Program-made: the position numbers and the translations under genes | Source: Macrostomum hystrix | Taxonomy: Eukaryota > Animalia > Platyhelminthes | Length of the DNA stretch: 64,000 bases | Assembly: GCA_950097015.1 (NCBI GenBank) | Contig: CATNEN010000037.1 | Coordinates: forward strand, 3,906,001 to 3,970,000 | Direction of reading: 5' to 3' | Notes under the pieces: model-generated | Databases searched by the model: none | Told to the model about the DNA's origin: nothing | The model's input: only the letters and a program-made list of their open reading frames with translations | In this document: positions 11,041 to 22,352 of the stretch, piece after piece | Position numbering within the stretch: the first letter of the stretch is position 1 | Layout: each line of letters opens with the position of its first letter

Positions 11041-13389
11041 TGGTGATATATATAATATGCGCTTGTACATCGAAATGTCCTTCGAGTTGTGATAATTTAT
11101 CTGTCGTGTCAAGTTCGCTTTCCGGTTAGTGAATCAGCTATACGGTCCTACTCTTATTACAAAAAACATTTAAAGACATTTAACCTCTTACGCTCGTACA
11201 TGTAGATGTGATCTTGGCGACAGCCGGCAGAATTCATATGGGATCACGTCCAGCGCATGGCATCTTTTCAAAATTAGACTGCTAAAAATTTGCTCCATAG
11301 CTAAGCCAAAACAGTGTAAATTAAAGCCAATACAGCTGCGTGAAAACTATCCTAAAATGGGGTCCATATTCCTATCAATAGCTACGTATAGTGGCTTTTT
11401 TGGAAATTCCAGCAATCATATTTTTCTAACAATCAGTGAGTAATAGGAATCTAGACGACATTATTATTTTTTGAATACCGAAGGTTCTTCAGTTGGCTGC
11501 TGAATTACTTGTTGGCAATTTTCAGAAAGTTAGATGCCGGACCAGCAGGCAAAACTTGCAGTTATAACATTCCACCGGCAGTCAAATTATTTGCAGCCAT
11601 ATTGTCGCAGTTAACGTCATTGCGAATTGCCACGAGGGTACGAATTTAAAGCTTGTCTATCGTGTAACACGATTCGCATGTGGCTGACGCTCGGGTAAAT
11701 GTCATGCATGCACGACCAACGCTTAAAAAGTGTTGGAACCCAAAGAAAAATTTTTGATTGTGTAATATTTTTCGAAGTTCGACAAAAAGGCTATTTTCTT
11801 TTTTCACCAATGAATAATGATTTTTTAAGTTAACCAAAGTTACTGTGAGCGATCTGTCCTTATGCTTATGTTGCCGTTATGGTAGTTGTTATTTGTCTGG
11901 TTCACCGGACAAAACACTGAGAATTTCAGTAGTTAAAGTCAGTTAAGTAAGTAGCCAAGGCCTGAGATAGGGTAGTAGATTTGATAGCTATTGTTGCTTG
12001 TTTTGGTCTGCCTAAAGATCCATTTTTCATGTGAAGTTTTTAGATATAGTGAGATCAAGAAAATCAAAAAGTTAGCTATACAATTGGTGAACATATTGGA
12101 TATTTGTTCACAAGTTATTTGATTAGGACTATATTAATATTATTGAACAACCAAAAATTCAATCACTTATACTTTTATAGGTTCAATTTGCTTTCTTTTA
12201 TCTTACAATCTCTGATTTTGCACTAGTTTGTTATATGATCCCAATTGAAATGAATATGCAAAACAGTGCAGATCTAGAAGTTGTTAAAAGTGTAGTTCAA
12301 ATAGCCGTCACCTTAACTTTCCTACATTTCAGATGAAAGATTTATCACCAACAACAATGCAACAATAGATGACAAGATTCAAGAAAATCAAGAAGCCAAG
12401 CTATTTATTCAATTTTGTGTTACGAAGTCTACCTGTTATGAAGCATATGAAATTAGTATTGCAGGGATCATAAAATGAAACAAGCCTCACTTTTGTCTTA
12501 TAATCCCCTCTCATTAGGGCACAAAAAATTTCTGTGCTGGGGATTGCAATACGAGACTTAATATATAGGTGCATTCTTAGTAATTAATATTAAGGTTGAC
12601 ATCATAAGACAACAGTAAATATATTAATTAAGTTCAAACAATGTTCAATAATTTCAAATGCACATAAAGGGACAAAGTGGAGCAAAGTAAGACAGTTTTC
12701 ACTGTGTTAGGTATTGCAACATAAAACAAAATATATAGAGGCCTTCCTAGTATTGAAGTTAAAGTTGAGAATGCTCACATTTAAGGAACTTAACTTCCAC
12801 TCAGTAGCCCAGACAGAATAGCACAATGTCAACTAGATAAAATTTAGACCTAGCAAAGAATGATTTCTCTATTTGTTCAATGGGGATTATATAACAAAAG
12901 CCCCAAGTAAACTAGATGACGCATAAGAGAAAGCTAAGCAAGCCAACAGCCAATCAAAGCAATTCTTGGGGCACTTGGGAGCTCTGCCCTAACTGGAGGG
13001 CTAACTATAGGACCTAGCCTCTGAACAGTCCTATTGTAAAAAGTTGACAATTCATGGATATCAGGCACAATATTGGGATTTTTCTAAACTGCAGTGCACT
13101 TCCAACTGAACTGTTGCTAAAAACACTGATGGGCAACCAGCAGAGGCATCGACTAGCACAAATGGTCTAATGCATTGTGTTGTGTTCTATGTGCTTGGCA
13201 CTAGGCTAAAGTGCACCTTTCTTAATGTTTACCAATTCTTAGTGCTTGTTCACAGGTTTTCAACATTTTTTCCAATAGGGCTTGACAGTAGTCTGAAGGA
13301 ATAAGGAAATAATATCGGTTTTTAAAACTAGGATAACAATCCTATGGTCTGATTAAAATAAAAAAACAAACTGATTATAGTGCAAAGTC

Positions 13390-15292
13390 ATGGATGTGGA
13401 CGAGACAGCCGCCAATTTCGATGCTGAAGTGCCGCTAGCCGCTCCGGCTCAGCAGTCGTCAGCGCCTGTAGGCGAGCTGCCCTGGATTGAAAAGTACAGG
13501 CCAACTCGCCTAGCCGAAATCGTAGGCAACGAAGACACGGTTGAACGCCTGGCCGTATTCGCCAAGCAGGGCAACCTGCCCAATGTTATCCTGTGCGGCC
13601 CGCCTGGAATCGGCAAGACCACCAGCATTCTCTGTCTGGCCCGCGAGCAGCTCGGCGAGGCCTGCAAAGAGGCCGTGCTAGAGCTAAACGCGTCCAACGA
13701 TCGCGGCATTGAAGTGGTGCGCGGCAAGATTAAAATGTTTGCCCAGAGGCGCGTCACCCTGCCACCTGGTGAGCTGCTCCTAGAAACAGTTGCTCTTGTT
13801 TGTTAAAGCCTGTGTATGCGCATGGCCAGGCCTATTCGATTTTCTTTGTTTAGCTATCCTTTCCTGATTTCCCAAACTTCTTGCTTATAAGCCTGCTTCC
13901 AACCCTCGAGTCTTTCTTTAACCCATTTTCGCTTTCTAACTTTTATTCCTTTAACCCTCTCCCCCCGTACTTTTAGTAAACCCCTTTCCGCCCAGGTATT
14001 TTTACTTTTAGTCACGTAAAAGTCTTCCTGATTGCATAAAAAGGCCGACACAAGCTGGTGATCCTGGATGAGGCCGACAGCATGACCGACGGCGCTCAGC
14101 AGGCGCTGCGTCGCACCATGGAAATTTATTCTCGAACCACTCGATTCGCATTGGCTTGCAACGATTCGTCTAAGATCATCGAACCGATTCAGTCGCGCTG
14201 CGCCGTGCTGCGCTACTCTAGACTCACCGACGCTCAGCTGCTTGGACGCCTCATGGAGGTCTGCCGAGCCGAGGGCGCCGTCTACACCGACCGTGGCCTC
14301 GAGGCCGTGGCCTTCACAGCGCAGGGCGACCTACGTCAGGGGCTTAACAATTTGCAAGCAACTCTGCAGGTTTGTGACCTGGGGTTGCTTTGCTCTTTCA
14401 CCAGCTCCAGTACACCCTCATCATCCTTTTAGAATCTTGAGTAGGCCTGTCTCCATGGTAATTTAGGTGTCGTGTACTTGGCTATAATGATCTTGGGTGT
14501 CTTATGTCCCAGCTGATCTTGGCTGTCTCATTGTCCCAGTGTCCCAGCTGATCTTGGGTGTCTCATTGTCCCAGTGTCCCAGCTTATCTTGGGTGTCTTA
14601 TGTCCCAGCTGATCTTGGGTGTCTCATTGTCCCAGTGTCCCAGCTGATCTTGGGTGTCTCATTGTCCCAGTGTCCCAGCTGATCTTGGGTGTCTCATTGT
14701 CCCAGTGTCCCAGCTTATCTTGGGTGTCTTATGTCCCAGCTGATCTTGGGTGTCTCATTGTCCCAGTGTCCCAGCTGATCTTGGGTGTCTCATTGTCCCA
14801 GTGTCCCAGCTGATCTTGGGTGTCTCATTGTCCCAGTGTCCCAGCTGATCTTGGGTGTCTCATGTCCCAGCTGATCTTGGGTGTCTCATTGTCCCAGTGA
14901 GTTTCTATTGTGAAACTATTGTGAGTTTCACCACTCCTCCAACCAACTGGCGACAGGGCTTCGGCTCGGTGACTGAGGACAATGTGTTCAAAGTGTGCGA
15001 CGAGCCGCACCCGATGCTGGCCCAGAAGCTGCTAGCCCACTGTCAGGCCGGAGAGCTGGACCCGGCGCACAAGATCCTGCGCCATCTCTGGCACATGGGC
15101 TACTCAGCCGAGGACCTGGTTAGCATCCTGTTCCGCGTGTGCAAGTCTCACCCGGACCTAACTGAGGAGGCCAAGCTGGGCATGGTCCGGGAGATCGGCA
15201 TCGCTCACATGCGAGTCATGGACGGTGTCGGCAGCCTGCTGCAGCTCAGCGGTCTGCTGGCCAAGATGTGCCGCCTGCGCCACACCGACTGA
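13390..15292 (+). CDS. RFC2: Replication factor C subunit 2, join(13390..13768,14044..14369,14957..15292), 346 aa
   Basis: PWIEKYRP, Walker [18 protein letters not shown], Walker [13 protein letters not shown] motif (IQSRC), [10 protein letters not shown]; GT-AG introns with matching phases, total 1041 nt. Confidence 0.96.
14490..14900. repeat. Intronic minisatellite (TGTCCCAGCTGATCTTGGGTGTCTCAT-based units of about 27-36 bp) in RFC2 intron 2
   Basis: Direct tandem periodicity. Confidence 0.9.
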
Positions 15293-15684
15293 CGCCAATT
15301 TCTCGGACTTGCTGCCCTAAAGCTGAACTAATTGCCTATCTACTCCTGTAGCATCTAAATTTATCAAAACTAACAATTATGCATTTTTGCTTTATATCTA
15401 AAAGCAGTTATAAACCTTCAAAATAGTTTGTCCAATAATAGCCAACTTGTGTTAATATTAGTAGTAATGGTGAGATATAGTATACTCTGGCAAACTGCAT
15501 GTGATGATAGCAAATGTAAATTAAACTTCAAATGTTTTAATAAATATGTTGTGTTTATTTTCTCCAATCGAAGTTGTCAATAAAAAATTATGGATTTCGA
15601 AATCGCTACTTTTATTGTTTTAATAATTTCTATTGATTTTATACTCAAAAAAGTTTTTCCGAAATCAGTGAGGCTTTTGGTACT

Positions 15685-15935
15685 GCCCTCCCATCTCCCC
15701 TATTCTCTTCCTCCTCTCCCCTATCTTACCTCCCTTCACCCTCCTCTCCGTCATCTTCCATCCCCTTCCTCTCCTCCCTCATATTCTCTCCCCTCCCTCT
15801 CCTCTCTCATCTCTTCTCCCCTTCCTCTCCTCCCTCATATTCTCTCCCCTCCCTCTCCTCTCTCATCTTCTCTCCTCTCCCACCTCTACCCTTTCTTCTT
15901 TCCCCTCCCTCTCCTCTCATATTTTTCTCCCTGAC
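15685..15935. repeat. CT-rich low-complexity tract
   Basis: Near-pure pyrimidine strand with degenerate internal repeats. Confidence 0.8.
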
Positions 15936-16489
15936 TCTCTGGTGTATGCTCCAATCTAGTAGTTTGTCCTGTTGTCTTCTCACCGAATCCAGGTCTCCAT
16001 ATATTACTGATCTCATCGGGCGTCTCTAGCTCAGCAGTTTTTGTCTTTTCTGCGTGGCTAATCCGAACAAGAGCAGTCAGAAATGCGATCAGCCATTGCT
16101 GCTAGTAAAACAAAGCCCAAGCCATGTGAGCTGGCTTGCTAGCGGACTTTATTGCGCATTTGAGTTTCAACCGTTCGTTTAGCTTCTTGTTTTAAAAACA
16201 CTAGAAGCTTCCCTCGAGATCAAAGTCTCGAAATCGTTCTGTTCTTGTCTTCTTCCCCTACAAGCTGCCTTATGTCAAACTGCGTTTTAAGCGACTTTTT
16301 TGAAGGCTTGCTTTCAAAAAAGAGCATAGTTTTAAACTTTTTCTTCCACTGACCAGGTTTGCAAAAAAGCTGAGCACATTCGTAACCATCGATCGTTACA
16401 ATAATTGCGCGCGCACCTTGATTACACAATGCTTGAATGCGCTCAATCTTTAGGTTGTAAATGTGTAATACTCAAAAGTCCGCGTCTGT

Positions 16490-17357
16490 CACTGCTGCAG
16501 CTGGTCACGTGACTTGTCGCGGGTTCTGGACAAGTATGAAAATATCGGGGTGGGTGTCAGTAGAACCCACTGCTGCAGCTGGTCACGTGACTTGTCGCGG
16601 GTTCTGGGCAAGTGTGACAATATCGGGGTGGGTGTCAGTAGAACCCACTGCTGCAGCTGGTCACCTGACTTGTCGCGGGTTCTGGGCAAGTGTGAAAATA
16701 TCGGGGTGGGTGTCAGTAGAACCCACTGCTGCAGCTGGTCACGTGACTTGTCGCGGGTTCTGGGCAAGTGTGACAATATCGGGGTGGGTGTCAGTAGAAC
16801 CCACTGCTGCAGCTGGTCACGTGACTTGTCGCGGGTTCTGGGCAAGTGTGACAATATCGGGGTGGGTGTCAGTAGAACCCACTGCTGCAGCTGGTCACGT
16901 GACTATTGTCGCGGGTTCTGGGCTCAAGTGTGACAATATCGGATGGGTGTCAGTAGAACCCACTGCTGCAGCTGGTCACGTGACTTGTCGCGGGTTCTGG
17001 GCAAGTGTGACAATATCGGGGTGGGTGTCAGTAGAACCCACTGCTGCAGCTGGTCACGTGACTATTGTCGCGGGTTCTGGCTCAAGTGTGACAATATCGG
17101 ATGGGTGTCAGTAGAACCCACTGCTGCAGCTGGTCACGTGACTTGTCGCGGGTTCTGGGCAAGTGTGACAATATCGGGGTGGGTGTCAGTAGAACCCACT
17201 GCTGCAGCTGGTCACGTGACTATTGTCGCGGGTTCTGGGCAAGTGTGACAATATCGGGGTGGGTGTCAGTAGAACCCACTGCTGCAGCTGGTCACGTGAC
17301 TATTGTCGCGGGTTCTGGGCTCAAGTGTGACAATATCGGATGGGTGTCAGTAGAACC
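16490..17357. repeat. About 78-bp minisatellite, 11 copies, each carrying CAGCTG plus GTCACGTGAC
   Basis: Tandem periodicity of 26 codons in the ORF track; motifs read directly (one unit has GTCACCTGAC). Confidence 0.93.
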
Positions 17358-17819
17358 GCTTCAAGTTTTATATATTTTTGTCGCTTGTGTGTTTTATGCT
17401 TCAAGCGCTAAGATCATCTTCCGCCTTTAATTATCGCACCTGCCGATTTCCGCACCTTTATAATTACTAGCTTAGATAGATCAATTATTTATTATATAAA
17501 GCGATGAGATAAACTTTTTATGCCGCGATTAACTGTCCTTAGTCGGTCGGCCGTCACCTGCCGTTTTAGAATATCGCACGTTGGATGATGAGCGTGAAAT
17601 TTGCCGGCTAATAATATGAGGGGCGCCAGAGGCTTTCACTAGCACCCTCTTGACTCTGCGAAATTAGCAGCCTAGACAGATTTCCTTTATTTCCAAGATT
17701 TCTGTCTAAGTTTATCACCTCCCTTCCTCTAATAAATCAAATCCTAATCTCTCTAACATCTCATTTTCTCTACTCTGTAACCTCTTTTTATCCCAAATCT
17801 CTTTAACTCCCTTTCTCAA

Positions 17820-18055
17820 TTTCTCCCTACTTCCCCTACTCTCTCCACTCTCCCCCAGCTGCCCACTCTCCCCTCGGCCTCCACTTACCAATTACCCATC
17901 CTCTTCCTAATCTATTCCCCTCTCCCCATTCTCTACTCCTCCCTCTCCTCTCCCCATTCTCTACTCCTCTACCCATCCTCTCCCCATTCTCTACTCCTCT
18001 ACCCATCCTCTCCCCATTCTCTACTCCTCTACCCATCCTCTCCCCATTCTCTACT
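17820..18055. repeat. CT-rich short tandem repeat (CTCTCCCCATTCTCTACTCCTCTACCCATC-like)
   Basis: Direct repeats within a pyrimidine-rich tract. Confidence 0.8.
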
Positions 18056-19180
18056 TAGTTGGGGAGTAATTTCGCTACTAAATATCAATGTCTTCTCCCT
18101 AATCTAATAGTCCAGCCGAATCTCCCTGAATCTCAATATTTTTGTTTACGTCTTTTTTAAATTCGTTCAGCGATGTCTCCCTTGCATTTAGAGGGATAAA
18201 TCATCCCAATTTCTTCTCCCCCCATTTTGTGAATCCTCTGAATCGCCTCAATTCATCGGCCTGTCAATCATTCACGCTACACGAGTTCGCTCACTAAAAG
18301 CTCAAATTAAAATCGCAGTCGCGTGGTTTTTTCTGCATTTGCTGGTTTTTCTAGACTGCATTTCAGAACTGTTGCTGATTTCCGGCAATCACCAAAACTT
18401 CAGTTTTCCGGTTTTTTATGTTAATTCGCCGTTGTGAAACAATCAACAAAAACATCGCAACTATTTTCTACGCATCGTGAGTTCAATTCTAAAACAAAGT
18501 GTGCCCGCCTTGTTGAGTTCATTCTCCAGTCTCTACAGATCTCACTTTGAAGGGCCACTGAAAGCTCCCGATAGAAATTAGCGAGTTGGGCACAACTACA
18601 CAATACTGGCCCCTCCTACTTTAGACCCATATTGTCAAGGCTCAGTGACTGACAAGTCTCTAATACCTCTACACCTTATATAATACAGAAATGACAGAAT
18701 GGTGCGCAGGAGACTGGCCATTCTGCCTATACTGGGCCACCCGCCACCCGTTGAGACAGCGACAGTCTGGGAGACCGGACCACCCTCTTGGCCATCCATC
18801 CACTTGTGCGCGAGTTCCCGCCAGATCCACTTGAAATGAGGGCCCGCCGGGTGCTAAAATGCCTGTAATTCTGTGGCCTGCTGCATGTGTGGGGGATTCG
18901 TCTCCATCCACGCTATTCGGAGGAGCCCGCAGCGGTCCGCACGACCATTATTTTTGCGCCTCGGCAAGATGCGAAACCACTGGGGGGCCTTTGAGCCCTC
19001 AACGGTTATTGGCTGGCTGACCTCCTTCGCTTCTCTACTTTAATTCTCTCTCACCCAACCCAGGTCCGCTCTGTGCCCCTCTCCCCCCGTCTGTGGTCCT
19101 CCTTAACTTCCAGTTACAAGCAGAATAGATTCAGCAGAATACGACTCTGCGTTCGGCGACATTCGGTCAGCTCCGTAGCC

Positions 19181-22100
19181 ATGCATTCCCTGAAGCTGCT
19201 CTGCCTCATTGTCGGCATTGCCAGGTGCAGCGCAATGCCACCAAACTGGAATCCTCCCAGCCTGCCCGGTGGCATCGGTGGCTCCCCGCTGGCCGCGGCC
19301 TCCCGCTGCGTCCCGATCCCTTCCAGCCTGACACTGTGCGCCAACATCGGCTACGCCGAGATGCGCCTGCCCAACATGCTCAACCATGACTCAGTGGCCG
19401 AGGTTAGCGATCACACCAAGCAGTGGCTGCCACTGACTCGCACCGAGTGCCACCGCGACATCCGCATCCTGCTCTGCTCTGTGTACGCCCCGGTCTGCAT
19501 CCACCAACTGCCGGACAAGCAGATCAAGCCATGCCGCAGCCTGTGCGAGGCCGTTAGGCAGCCCTGCGCCGCCTTCATGCAGGGCTTCGGCTTCGCCTGG
19601 CCGGAAATGCTCAACTGCTCGCAGTTCCCGCCGGACTCGGACCTCATGTGCATCAAGAGCTCCATTAGCTGTGAGCTGCATGCCTGCACACTTTTTATGC
19701 CCCTCTACACCCTCGGGCACACCTGGCACTACATTACGCTCTTCACTCTCGCCCTCACTCTTCACTCTCGCCCTCAGTCTCTTCACTCTCGCCCTCAGTC
19801 TCTTCACTCTCGCCCTCGCTCTCTTCACTCTCGCCCTCACTCTTCACTCTCGCCCTCAGTCTCTTCACTCTCGCCCTCACTCTCTTCACTCTCGCCCTCA
19901 CTCTTCACTCTCGCCCTCAGTCTCTTCACTCTCGCCCTCGCTCTCTTCACTCTCGCCCTCACTCTCTTCACTCTCGCCCTCAGTCTCTTCACTCTCGCCC
20001 TCGCTCTCTTCACTCTCGCCCTCACTCTTCACTCTCGCCCTCACTCTTCACTCTCGCCCTCACTCTTCACTCTCGCCCTCACTCTCTTCACTCTCGCCCT
20101 CACTCTTCACTCTCGCCCTCACTCTTCACTCTCGCCCTCACTCTTCAATCTCGCCCTGACTCATTTCAAACCGAAACCAATCACTATTTTCTTTGATTGC
20201 TCAAATCTCGCCAACGTACTCCGAGTTCTCTTGTTGCTCTGCCTTTTTAAAATTCACCCTTGTCCAATGTCCAATACGGCATCCACACTTGAACTGTCGG
20301 CCTCTGTTTGTCCTTCTTACCCGGCGGGTCCCCAACCCCTCGTCGGCAGACGGAAGTGCTTATCTCGACCTGACTAGACCAGAAGGCCAGAAAAATTAGT
20401 CTCTATTGCGCAGGTGAACTTTTTCAAGATTTTCTTCGAAAACGAGCAAGCGAATAATAATGCTTCCTGTGCCGGCTTCCAGCCCCGAACCCTTCAGCCG
20501 AATTGTCCCTGCAGCCCCTAGGCGTGGTGCGCATGTCAATCTTCTGTCTTATCTCTCTTCCTTTCTACACCGCTATCTGTTCCCACTTATTGCTTTCCCT
20601 CTTTCTCTCTCAGTCCGGGCAGAGATGAATTATTATTGTGCTTCCGATAACTATCGTCCATAAACTGTCCAACCCCGACTTTCTCCTCGAAGCAGCCACC
20701 GCCGAGTGCCGCGCCTGTCCGGAGAAAGTCACTTACGAATCCATTATTGGAAATTTCTGCATCAACAAAGTCGGTGAGTGTGTGCGCCAGTTTTTTAGCC
20801 GCCTGTTGCTTACCTGGAATTTACCTGTTAAACTGGGCCCATGAGTCCGTGGACAGGGGGGCCGACACACCCGCAAGGATTACCATGCTACAACCGGGTG
20901 AACTGCAGCATTGGGGAATCAAGCGACTTGCTCACGGGCCATGAATTGTCACCGTTGGGCTAAGATTCGAACTCCCGACCTTCCGTCAAAAGTCGAAAGC
21001 CCTAACCACTGGGCCACAAGCCTCCCTTGGAACTTAAGTTGTGCCTCCGTAAGTTTGTATCGGGTTATTAATAATAATAATTGCAGGAGGGCTGTGGGCA
21101 ATGATACATCCTTTGGTGACACTAGACCCGCAGCCGGCAATAAGGCAATTCTGTCAGTTTCGCTGACTCCTGAGCACACACGCACACAGATAGCGTATGC
21201 AGGCATACGATCACACTGGTGTGTTCATCTGCCCTGACTTTCTCATCGTCAGGCAGTGTACACTTCACTGTGCCTTGGAGGCTGGCCCTCAAGGGCGTAA
21301 ATTGCACGACAAGCACCAAGCCTTCTCTCCGCGGCTGCGCCCCAAATGAATGTGGCCTCGCCGCGGAATCGAGCTCAGGGGCATTGTTGCGAGAGGAAAA
21401 CAGGTTCACCGCTCTGCCACTCACCCTCTAGAGTAGTGGATCTAATAATTTAAATGCTGAGCTCACAAACACCTGTCACCGCCTTCCCATCTCTAAAGTT
21501 CTGAAGTCCCGTCTGGAGGCTCAGGACTCTGGCGGTGCCTCAGCCGCCACCAGCCTGCGTCTGCGCGGCCGGGCGCGCTACTTCAAGCAGGACAGCGACA
21601 CGCCACCGGCTGACAGCTTCGGCGGAGGACGTCAGTTGCTTCGCACGGCCGTCGTGGATACCGCCGGCTGTCGCTGCGGCGCGCTGGAGGGCGGCGGCGC
21701 CAGGAAGAAGTACTTGGTCATGGGCTCGGCTGGCCCCGACGGCAGTCTCAGCGTCTCCTTCCTGGCCGAGTGGGATCGGGACAGTCGGCAGTTTCGCCGG
21801 GCCATCCGGCAGATCCGTCGCAGCCAGCGTCGGCGGCGTCGAGCCGGCGATCTCTGCCGCAGCGGCGGCGTCCGCGGTGACCCCAGCGGCGACCGGCTGC
21901 TGCCGCCGGCGATGCCGATGCCAACAGCCCAGCCGGCGGATGGTCGCAGAGGCGGAGGAGGCCGTGGCCGCGGCGGTCGGGGCAAGAACCGCAAGAAGAA
22001 CAAACAGGACAGGCAGCGGGGCGGAAGGAACGGCGGAAAGGGGCGGCAGCGCCGGCCGGCTGGGACCGCTGCCGACGGCGAAGACCGGCCGGCGAGGCGC

Positions 22101-22352
22101 GGCCGCGGAGGCGGCGGTGGTGCCCGGGGCCGACGCGACAGGCGAAACCGGCAGAGAAATCGAGCCCAGGCCACGCCGCCACCGCCGCCGCGCCGCAGCC
22201 GCAGCCGCAGCCGCAGCCAACAGGCGGTAGTCGGTACTCCTACGACAGTTTCTACTATAGCGACTATAAGACATGAATCTCCAGCTGAACTGTCTCTAGC
22301 AACTCGTCGTCATGCCAGTTTTAATCCGCAATACTGTTCAAAGAGTTGCTAA
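19181..22352 (+). CDS. SFRP: Secreted frizzled-related protein (sFRP1/2/5 type), join(19181..19670,20693..20773,21499..22352), about 474 aa
   Basis: Signal peptide MHSLKLLCLIVGIARCSA; 10-Cys Frizzled CRD (CVPIP..LC..IGY..MRLPNML..LCSVYAPVC..PCRSLCEAVR..C..WPEMLNC); NTR domain (CRAC..FC; CRC..YLVMG..W..F); no TM segment; all junctions phase 1. Confidence 0.88.
19738..20157. repeat. 19-21-bp CT-rich minisatellite (CTCTTCACTCTCGCCCTCA) in sFRP intron 1
   Basis: Direct tandem periodicity. Confidence 0.92.
20800..21025 (-). mobile_element. tRNA-headed CORE-type SINE in sFRP intron 2
   Basis: Minus strand GTGGCCCAGTGG (A box) and GTTCGAATC (B box), then GTGAGCAAGTCGCTT..AGTTCACC resembling the CORE domain, then CCCCTGTCCACGGACT. 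Confidence 0.7.

Noticed and set aside
12040-12480. Possible AT-rich short-intron gene upstream of RFC2 (..SICFLYLTISDF..KNERFITNNN..)
   Set aside because: It needs weak donors (GTTATT, GTGTAG), has no start exon or recognisable domain, and has atypical composition; it cannot be supported without RNA data.
16490-17357. CRISPR-like appearance of palindrome-containing arrays (also 52478-53150)
   Set aside because: There are no unique spacers and no cas genes, and the context is eukaryotic.
20955-21020. tRNA genes at the tRNA-like segments (20955, 27975, 31550, 44980, 62390)
   Set aside because: Acceptor and anticodon stems are degenerate and each continues into a SINE body rather than a T-run terminator.
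21550-22274. Overlapping antisense and alternate-frame ORFs in sFRP exon 3, in HCN 50228-50973 and in the retrotransposon
   Set aside because: These are the expected shadow ORFs of GC-rich coding sequence and carry no independent motifs.
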